DNA of 64,000 nucleotides from Chrysomallon squamiferum. Lineage: Eukaryota > Animalia > Mollusca. Location of the stretch: assembly GCA_012295275.1 (NCBI GenBank), contig CM022670.1, positions 3,286,001 to 3,350,000 on the forward strand, written 5' to 3'. The position numbers and the translations under genes were made by a program. Positions 54,301 to 64,000 of the stretch are shown here, in pieces (within the stretch, counting starts at the first letter, position 1; each line of letters begins with the position of its first letter). The notes under the pieces are model-generated. The model did not search any database. It had not been told where the DNA came from and worked only from the letters and a program-made list of their open reading frames with translations.

Positions 54301-57300
54301 ATGAAGATTGGCCCAGTAGTTCCTGAGATATGAGGGTTCTAAGGTTGGTGGTCACACCCATTTTGGGCAAAAATCTCAAAATTCGGTGGGCCGTATCTCC
54401 CACACCACTGGTCTGATTGAGCTAAAATTTCAGATTTGGTGCTGTGGGATCCCAGTCAACAAGTATGTATACCAAGTTTCACAAAAATCTGAGACGGTCG
54501 GGTTTAAACCATTGGGTGATTTGACACGGAATGACCCATAACATTATTGTGTGAGGTTTGATAAGCTAATGGATTAAAGTTTTCAAATTGCAGTTTATTT
54601 TCAGTATATAAAATTTTTATACTCCTTTTTAAAAATGTAAAATAAGGAATTCTAATTACTGTGGAAAAAGTACTGAAATATTACATCTGTTTTTATCTAT
54701 TCAGTAGTCCTTTTATTTTTATTAACTTGGTCAGACTATGAACTTTAAATATAATGATGTATTCAGATTACTGTTTACATATTTTCTGGGTTGAAGTTTG
54801 AAGCTGAAATAAGGCTGTATACAACAGTTGTTTAATATAATAATATAATAACAGATAAACTCTATTAGTTTACTAGGTCTTTGTTTATCTGGTTGACAGA
54901 CATTGGATTTATCATTACCTAACTGGTGGTTGCATTATCATGATAATCTGATGGCTGGAAATGTAAATGTGCTTCTATTTTAAAAGAGCTTGTTTTTTTT
55001 GTTAGCCAATTTTATTTCATCAATAACAAGTTAATACTCGATTCATTAATAATAATTATATTAGCAGTATTAGTAGTAATAATAGTAATAGGAACTGTAA
55101 TAATAAAAGGTGGTATCTGATTTGTGATAATAAAATAATAATTATTATTATCTAGGACATTTTGATATATACTACTACAATGTGTATATATTTTATTGTT
55201 TATGATGTATATTTAATTTTATGTGTTTTTCTGTTTCAGGAGACAAAAGTTCTTGGTAACATTTCCATACCCGTACATGAATGGCAGACTGCATCTTGGT
55301 CACACTTTCTCTCTCTCGAAATGTGAAGTGAGTTTTAAGTCCTGTAACAAATAAGAAAATCAAAACACCAAGGAAAATCATAACTTACACAAATTTATTG
55401 TTAATAAGTTTCCTGTACAGTGTACTGAATTGTTTAAAAAATAATAATAATAATAATAATAATAAAATAAAATTTGACTTTAGTTTGTGACCAAAATAAC
55501 ATTTGTTCCTGACAAACCATTTAAATTGTTTATTACTATTTTTTTTTTTTTTTTTTTTTACTTTTAAAAAAAAAAATATATTTTGGTTTTACAGAAACTG
55601 TGAAATTATTTTCATTCTTGCTTTTATATTAATATTTTTATTCTTAATTGATTATTATTTTGTATTATTATTATTATTACTTTATTTTTATATTTTTTCT
55701 AGTTTGCAGTTGGTTATCATCGTATGCAAGGAAAAAGATGCTTGTTTCCCTTTGGTCTGCACTGCACTGGTATGCCTATCAAGGTAAAAATAACTTGAAA
55801 TTAATTACTCTTTTATTTTTTATCATTTAAATTTTCTTTCTATTTTTCTATGATCCCTACTTTTCTAATAATTGTAATATTTAATTTTCTGCCAGTTTTA
55901 TGTTCATCAAGCTTGGAAAATAAAATACAGAGTTTTGAATTTTTTTCACTCAATAAATTTAAATTTTCTTTCATTAAATTACCTTCACAAATTGCCATTT
56001 CTCCTTAAAAATATGTGCATTATTTAAGCATTTTATTAATTTAAACAACAAAAAATTAAAAATTTAATTTCCTCTCTCTCTTCTGTGTGTATGTACATGC
56101 ATATGTTTGTGTTTTCAGGCCTGTTCAGACAAGCTGCAGTTAGAAATGCAAGATTTTGGTTACCCTCCAAATTTCCCACCAGAAGAAGAAGAAATTGTTA
56201 TAAAAACTGAGAATTTTGAACCAAAGGATAAATCGAAAGGGAAAAAGGTATTAGGGCCATTAATTAGGGATTTAGAATTAATATTTTGATCCCCTAAGAG
56301 GGTATGATTATCTAACAACAAAACCTGATACATAACAAAATATAATGATACAGGCCTGTTGAAAGCATAGGATTCTGTTATATCCGAGTTTGTTGTATTA
56401 GTTAAAGTAGTTACTACAGGCAAAAATATCAGGAAATTAAATTGTATGTTTCTGATTTATTTGACCACTTTTACTATTCAGGGCAAACTTCTCGCAAAAA
56501 CAGGAGGACTGAAATACCAGTGGCAGATCATGTCTTCTCTAGGTTTGTCAGACAGTGAAATCAAGAAGTTTGCTGATCCTGCTCACTGGCTGAAATACTT
56601 CCCACCACACGCCATCAGTGACCTGAAAAAGATGGGCGTAAAGGTATTTTATTTGTCAAATAAATCTTAAAGAATGAAGTTATACTGGTTATACTACTTT
56701 CGAAGACATAGATATATGATGTTAAATATGTATTGAAAAAAACAAAATTACAATTATTGATAAAGGATCAGTTTTCTGAAACATTGTTCTAAATATGACT
56801 TTTTAAAATGTTGTTTATTTTTTATTTTTTATTTTTTTTCCTTTTCTTTTTCTCCTGTTTGTAAATATTTGTAATTAATTATGTTGTTAATGTCAATGGA
56901 CTTGTTTATTTTCCAGGTGGACTGGAGACGAAGTTTCATTACTACTGATGTAAATCCATATTACGATTCTTTTGTTCGATGGTCATTTTTACGACTGAAA
57001 GAAAGAGAGAAAATTAAATATGGAAAAAGGTAACATTTTTAATTTATTTTTGTTTATTTTTATTTTATTTTATTTTATTATGATTATTATTATTATTATT
57101 ATTATTATTATGTTTTTCTTTTTTTTCTTTTTTTCAGTTTATTTTAATATTTTTAATGACAAATTTTATAGATATTCTTTCATTATTTTTATTTGTTTAT
57201 TTAAAAAAAAGTGTTTATTTTATTAATGCATAATTTATTTATTTATTTTATAAAAAAATTTTTTTAACTTTATTAAAACACCGATATTAAATTTCAAGAA

Positions 57301-60123
57301 AGATGCACTTCTGAAATGATCAATCCATGTTGTCGTAGTTAAGTACAAAATCCTCAGATCTAAAAGTATTTATAAAACAACTTTAATCACCATGACCTTC
57401 TAATATATTATTATAGACATTTTGCTATGAAATGTAACTGTTTCTCTTTCTACACAGGTACACTGTTTTCAGTCCTAAAGATGGCCAGCCATGTATGGAT
57501 CATGACAGAAGTTCAGGAGAGGTTTGTTCTCTAACTGATCAAATTGATATAGAGAAATAAAATTGTTTGATGATGGGAAGAGAATTTTATTGATCAGTAT
57601 TAGATATTCTGGTATAATTTTGTATTCTTTCAAGGATTGCAATACATCTGTATCTTTATGAAAAGTATATGTTAAAAAAATAATAATAATAATAATATAA
57701 ATTTATTTTTTTATACTTCCAAGTCTTTCTGAAAACTGTCTTAAACATACAATAAATTACTATATGAAAAAATTGTAACAAACTTGCAAAAAACTAAAAA
57801 TATGGAGGTTTGCTTACATGACTCTTAATGTTTTGATTATTAATAGTTGAGACTTTTGGCTAGATTTATTTTATTTTTTTTATTTTTTATCTTCAGGGAG
57901 TTGGGCCCCAGGAATACACTCTTGTCAAAATAAGGCTTCAAGCACCATATCCAGAAAAACTGAGGTAACCTTTGTGGGTTATTATTTTTATTTTTATGAA
58001 CACATCGAACAGATGATTTAAAAAAAAAAATTATTATTGGGCGTTTTTAGGGGAAGGGTTGATAGAAAAACATTCACTGTATTACCTGTTTACAAAAAAT
58101 GACCATAATTCATCTGCAACATCAGGCAGTAGGTGAATTATATGTGTAATAAATTTCCTCAACTTAGAATCAGACACTGTTCCTAACTTCTAGAGGCAGA
58201 TATAATATGTAAAATAAAATACTTGTATAAGCCTTTTTCTCTTTTTATAATTTTAATTTATAACATTTTTTATTTTTATTTCATTTTAAAGATCTTTGTC
58301 GGATCGTCCTGTTATCTTGGTGTGTGGTACCCTGCGACCTGAAACTATGTATGGACTCACAAACTGCTGGATTAGGCCTGACATGCACCTTGTTGCCATG
58401 GAAACAGTCACTGATGAAGTCTTCATATGTACAAAAAGAGCTGCAAGGAACATGAGTTACCAGGGATTTACACAAAAGAATGGAGAATACAATGTTCTTG
58501 TTTGTTTGGTTGGACAGGTACAGATTTATAAAAATGTTTTCTGGATTAATTTACAAAATTTAGTCTTGTTCATTATCAAAGAGATATTACTATATTTTAG
58601 TTCATTTGGTTGTACGGGTATTTTATAAAAATATTTTCTAAATTATTTTACCAAATTTGGTCTTGTTCATTATCAAAAAGATAAAATAATATTCCAGTTC
58701 CTTTACTCCAGATATTATCTTTTATATATTAAAGGTTTCTAAATTTAATACTACGTTTTTTTAATTATCAAAAAGTTAATGTATTTCTATTTTTATTTCA
58801 ATTTAACATGTAAAAATTTGTGAAAAATTATTTATAATTTTAATAAATTTCTAGATTTTAATAAATATTTAGCTTTCTTAATCATAAAAAAATAAAAATA
58901 AAAGGATAGCAATAATAAAAAAAGATAAGATAAGCAGTATTATTTTAAAATCTTTTTCTGAAATTCTCAGTTCCAAGGGATTCTGTTGTTAATGTTTATT
59001 CAATAAAATAAAATAACATATTTATTTTTTCAAAACGTTTAGTATCTTTACTTTTATTTCATGTGACTAGTTTCTACTACAAAAGATAATAGATTTAAAG
59101 TAATGTATTCCTTTCCCCCTTTATTTTTTCTTTTTTTTTTTGTAGGATATAATGGGATGTCCTGTAAAAGGTCCATTGACTTCATACCATGTAATTTATA
59201 CACTGCCTATGTTAACTATAAAAGAAGACAAAGGTAACATAAGTTTCTCTTTTTAAATAAAATAAATATTTATAGATAATTTAAAAAGTCGTACATTAAT
59301 TGTGTATGAAAGAAAAGAGAAAATTAGAGAATATATTTTTATAATTCTGTTAAATACTACTTAAATAAATTAACTGAATATAAAACACAACCAAAACATT
59401 ATAGGACAGTCTTTTAAATAAAATCTTTCAAAAATTTGATTACTACATAAAATTAAAATAATGTCTTAGACTGCCAGAAGCCCAGTATGTATTAGTTATT
59501 TGTTATTGGAGAGTATATTTATTGGAAATACTAGTATTTGTTGCTGCATATCAAATTTTTAAAAGTACATTTTGTATTTGTTAATGTACAAACTTGCTGT
59601 CTGACAGAAAATATCCAATCAAGTGTATTTGAGACTAGATGTTTAATAGAGTAACTGTTATTTTGTGACACAGGCACTGGTATTGTAGCTAGTGTGCCTT
59701 CAGATTCACCAGATGACTTTGCAGCCCTGAGAGACCTGAAAAACAAAGAGGTTTGTACTTTGTGTTTTATTTAAAATGATTATTCCCATGAAAATATTAC
59801 AATTTGAATATATATCTTATTAATGTTTTCAGCAGAGTTGTAATGGACATTATTGTTTTTCATTCATTTCCCAAACTTTTTTCCCTAACATATTTATTAT
59901 ATATTTCTATTTTGTTACATCACGTATACATATATATATATATACTGTTACTGTTCTGTGAATAATACAATTCTTTTTAAAAAGTTTATTAGCATTACTA
60001 CTAGATGCTGAATAATTTGGACTGATTCTGTCAAATGCATTCATTTCAGCATTGTATATAATTATCAAGTGAAATTTTTGTTCAAAGAAAATGTGTGTGT
60101 GTGTACACATATGTATATGTATA

Positions 60124-60157
<34 letters not shown>

Positions 60158-63100
60158 GATATATATCTTTTCTTTATTTAGGGACTGAGACAGAAATATG
60201 GTATCAAAGATGAAATGGTTCTACCATTTGAACCTGTGAGTATTTTAAGTCAATTCTAAGATTTTGAAATGTGTTTATATTGTTACTTTTAGTTAATTTT
60301 ACTTTGAGAGCTTGCTTATTTTGAAACAGGTTCAGTTATCACAAGATAACCCATCTCAGAGTGCTTGTTGAACCATCTGTGTTCAGCCAGGTCTAGTGTC
60401 TTGTGAATGAAAGACCATCATGTGTAATTTTCTACCTTTGGAAAAATGCCTAGAATAGAAGCCATTTTGATAATAAGTGAAAGTGGGTCATACTCAATAA
60501 AAAAAAAAAAAATAGAAAACAAAATAATTAAATTGTTTTTACATGATCAAAAATAAATAGATTCACGATTTATAATAGTGAATTTATTATTAAATTAGAT
60601 ACATACTTTACTTATGTATTATTTATTTATTGTCTTACTTCTGTATTCATTCATTCGTTTGTTTATTTATTTATTTATTTACTTGTGTATTATTTATTTA
60701 TTTTGATTCACAGATTCCAATAATTAACACACCTGAGTTGGGTACTTTGTCCGCAGTGAAGGCTTGTGAACAGTTCAAGATTCAGAGTCAGAATGACAAA
60801 GTGAAATTACAAGAAGCTAAAGAGAAAGTCTACAAGCTGGGATTCTACGATGGGGTAAATATTTCATCCCATTATTTTATATAATAGTAAATATTACATT
60901 TTAATTAGTGTAACAGGTAACATTACAAAAAGTTAAGGTTAAATAAAATAATATAGTGGTAAACTGAAATGAAGTCTGATGCAGGATTTATATTGATGGG
61001 TTATTTGTCATTGTAAGTAATGAGAAATTGTCAGTAAAAAAATAATAAATAAATAAATACCTATCTATCATATCATATTTTAATCTAGTAAGGAAAATTT
61101 GTAATCAAACACTGTCACTCAAGATTTCCAATATTATTTTATCCATTAAGAATTAATTGACAACTAATAACAAATATGTTGTTACATAATAACTTAATTT
61201 TTTTAAAACTTTCTAACTCTTTTTCTGTATATACTTATAATTTTAATATATATTCTTTTTTTCTTGCAAATTGTATGTTTTCTTGCATTTTATCACAAGC
61301 TTTTTTATTTTTTAGGTGATGATTATTGGTGAGTGGAAGGGTGAAAAAGTGCAGGACATCAAGAAAAAAGTTCAGAAGTATCTAATTGATAAGGTATGTA
61401 GTTGTGTTAATCAGTAACAACTGTTATATAATTTAATATAAACTTCTGCTCTTAATATGGGCTTTAGATCAGTAGGTTTTGCATTATGTTGTGACATGAT
61501 TAGTCACAAGATCAGAACTCTCCTTTGGATGATATGTGTTCTTTCCCATTCCAATCAGTTCACATTCACATATTTTCTCTCCATAGGAAAGCTCGTTAGT
61601 TGCCCACTTGATGTCAGGAATGTGTTTCTTCTTTAATAATATACTTACTACACAAAAGATATCTGTTTGACACATAACCACTCACACAACACATACTGGA
61701 GTGTCTTGTTTACATTCTTACCTTTTAAATACCACAGTGGAAAAAAAAACAAAAAAATCATGAGTTATCTGAACCACATTTTGTGTGCTTTAAAATATCC
61801 TCTGGTAGTATGAACCGTACATATATATATATATTTGAGTATTCTGACCACTGAACCACTCATGCACACAGTTCAGGTCACAACCCTGGTCAGTGGGTGG
61901 TGGACTTGGTAGTCTGTGCTATATTAAAATGTCACAGTTCTTAGTTCATACATCCATCTATGGGTGGTGAAAAAGTCTTTGTGGAACAAATATTGGTTAA
62001 TGTTATAGATGTTTCACAATTAATTTTTAAAAAACTGATGGGGAATGGTCAGTTGATAACTGATGGGCAAGACTAACAGATTAACAAAAAGTTGTAAATT
62101 TGTCTACACCTCTGCTGTTGCTGATATAACATGAATCTGAGTTTTTTATTTTTTTCCTTTTATTATTCTTATTTAATACAGTATTAAGTATTTATAATAT
62201 AATCATTGTTTGTTGAATTAATGTTAGGATTATTATTATTATTGGGTTTTTTTAATTGTTAATTAATTTATTGTTTTGATTTTTGTTAGTGTATTAATGC
62301 CTATTATTACTATTATACCTATTATTATGAATATTATAACATTATTGTTACTACCAGTATTGTTATTACTTTAGTTATTTTTATTGTCATTTATTTTTTT
62401 TAGAATGAAGCAGTAATATACAAGGAGCCAGAGAAAGCGGTGATATCACGTTCAGGAGATGAGTGTGTTGTGGCACTTTGTGATCAGTGGTTGGTAATTT
62501 TTTATTTCAAAATTTACAATATACACTAGAATTAACAATCTTCTATTTTACAATACCACCCTCAAATAAAAATTTAAACTATGATTTTTTTCATTTTTTT
62601 TCTCTATGGTTTTGACATAATGTTCTTTAACTAACATACGAAATTTTTTGAAATTCAGCTTTGTTATTTATTCTGTATTTCTTATTTTTATTTTATTTAT
62701 TTATTTATTTATTTATTTATTTTTGTTTGTTTGCTTTCATGAATATGTACTTAATTTTTCAACATTAATGAGGGGAATTTTACCAAATAATTTTTTAAAC
62801 TTTAGAAAACAAAATTATATTGTATATTTTTTCCAAGATTTCATATTTAAATATGTAGATTAAAGAGGCTTTAAAAATAATAGTAAAAACATTTTTATTT
62901 CATCTGCTAATTCAACCATAGAGTTGCTTAATTCATATAACTGAACCTAGTGTTATACAATCTGTATACAATTTTGATAAAATATATAATATTACAAATA
63001 ATCTCCTCAGGTTTCTGGACTATGGAGAACCAAACTGGAAGAAGCAGGCACTGAAATGTCTGTATCAGATGAACACGTTTTCTGATAATGTCAGGGAAAA

Positions 63101-63932
63101 TTTCATTTCAACTCTTGAGTGGCTGCATGAACATGCCTGCTCGAGGTCTTATGGTCTGGGTATGTGTTTATTTGTGTGGGTTTTTCTTTTGTGACCATGG
63201 TATTCTGAAAGTGGCACATTCTTCTCACATGTTTCTCAAAAACTGTGCATTATCCAAGACTAAACATATATTGTTTGGGTATTTTAGACTTGTTCTTATT
63301 TATTTTAGACTTGTTCTTATTTATTTATTTTTATATTTATTATTATTTATTTTTTTATGTTTTTTTTTAAATTTATTTTGTATTATTTAATTTTTTATTA
63401 ATATTATTATTTTATTTATTTATATATTTTTTTTTTATTACTGTTATTTTATTTATTTATCTATTTTTATTTTTTTTATTCTTATTTTTTTTAATTAATG
63501 TATTTAGTGGGGTTTTTTTTTTTTTTATAAGTTGAGGAGATTTGAACTTCATTATTTGTTCATCAGATCATTGACTTAGACCCTTTATTATAAAGTTGAA
63601 TAACTTTTGACATATACTAGTAATTTTTTCTCATTTTCATTCTCTTGATATAGAAATATTCATAACTGAATAGTAAATAATATATATTTTTTTAATGTAC
63701 TCTTCTTTTTGTTAGACTATAACAATATTACTCTGTTTTTCTTCTATAAATGTTACAATGTTTATTTATTTTTATTTTATTTCTTGTGTCAAGGTTCGCG
63801 AATGCCATGGGATGAGCAGTATTTGATAGAGTCTCTGTCTGATTCTACTATCTACAATGCTTACTACACAGTGGCCCACCTGCTGCAGGGTGGGGTTGTT
63901 GATGGTAGCAAAGTGGGCCCAGCCAACATAAA
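51359..63932 (+). CDS. LARS1: Cytosolic leucyl-tRNA synthetase, 5' part (17 coding exons; gene continues beyond the window)
   Basis: Exons 51359-51483, 55240-55327, 55703-55783, 56119-56247, 56482-56643, 56917-57029, 57458-57521, 57897-57964, 58292-58517, 59146-59233, 59674-59750, 60182-60235, 60714-60854, 61316-61393, 62404-62489, 63011-63159, 63794-63932. All GT-AG, one continuous frame. Motifs include [22 protein letters not shown] (HIGH motif), [58 protein letters not shown] (CP1 editing domain) and [14 protein letters not shown]...[10 protein letters not shown]. Confidence 0.97.
51685..54537 (+). mobile_element. Non-autonomous DNA transposon, Sola2-like, 2853 bp, with ~630-bp inverted arms, in a LARS1 intron
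   Basis: Termini GGGTCATTCCGTGTCAAATCACCCA...TGGGTGATTTGACACGGAATGACCC. 4-bp TSD ATAA (51681-51684 and 54538-54541). Arms 51685-52317 and 53910-54537 are near-identical reverse complements. GRG/CYC ends plus a 4-bp TSD fit Sola2, and an internal transposase remnant is present. Confidence 0.88.
53130..53935 (+). pseudogene. Decayed N-terminal fragment of a Sola2-type transposase
   Basis: Broken reading frames give [23 protein letters not shown]...RSLRIVS..., [43 protein letters not shown], and from 53771 [53 protein letters not shown]. These resemble the CCDPxxxH/PGxKLC zinc-finger and YxxDExSRxxPGxKDxVS...QKRLxLxNLxELY blocks recalled for this transposase family. Stops and frameshifts are present, and no catalytic core was seen. 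Confidence 0.72.
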
Positions 63933-64000
63933 GTAAGTTGATTAATAATACAGTTTAAAAAAAAAAAAAAAAAATTGTTTTTGTCTCCTTATTTATTGAT

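Noticed and set aside
54600-63790. Intronic C/D or H/ACA snoRNAs in LARS1 introns
   Set aside because: No convincing RTGATGA...CTGA pair with a terminal stem was seen. A covariance-model search would be needed to exclude them.

Overview
AT-rich, intron-rich animal genomic DNA, probably molluscan; the taxon is inferred from gene and repeat style only. No prokaryotic features are present. Four spliced genes are recognisable. (1) One coding exon (TM1-TM3) of a cholecystokinin/sulfakinin-type GPCR on the minus strand at ~29.2-29.6 kb, whose next intron appears to run off the left end of the window. (2) A complete 8-exon OCIAD1/asrij-like gene (+, 38120-44617, 254 aa). (3) A complete 4-exon NUDCD2 gene (-, 47047-50361). 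(4) The first 17 coding exons of cytosolic leucyl-tRNA synthetase LARS1 (+, from 51359), head-to-head with NUDCD2. The main non-genic structure is a 2.85-kb DNA transposon with GGG/CCC termini and a 4-bp TSD (Sola2-like) in a LARS1 intron. It has ~630-bp near-perfect inverted arms and a decayed transposase fragment, and a 476-bp deletion derivative lies in an OCIAD1 intron. Other notable points are an apparently frameshifted GPCR N-terminus (or uORF), several bZIP-site-bearing tandem arrays in the GPCR intron, and a sharp CpG/microsatellite boundary near 38.4 kb. Most listed ORFs are translations of microsatellites. Family assignments come from motif recognition, not database searches.
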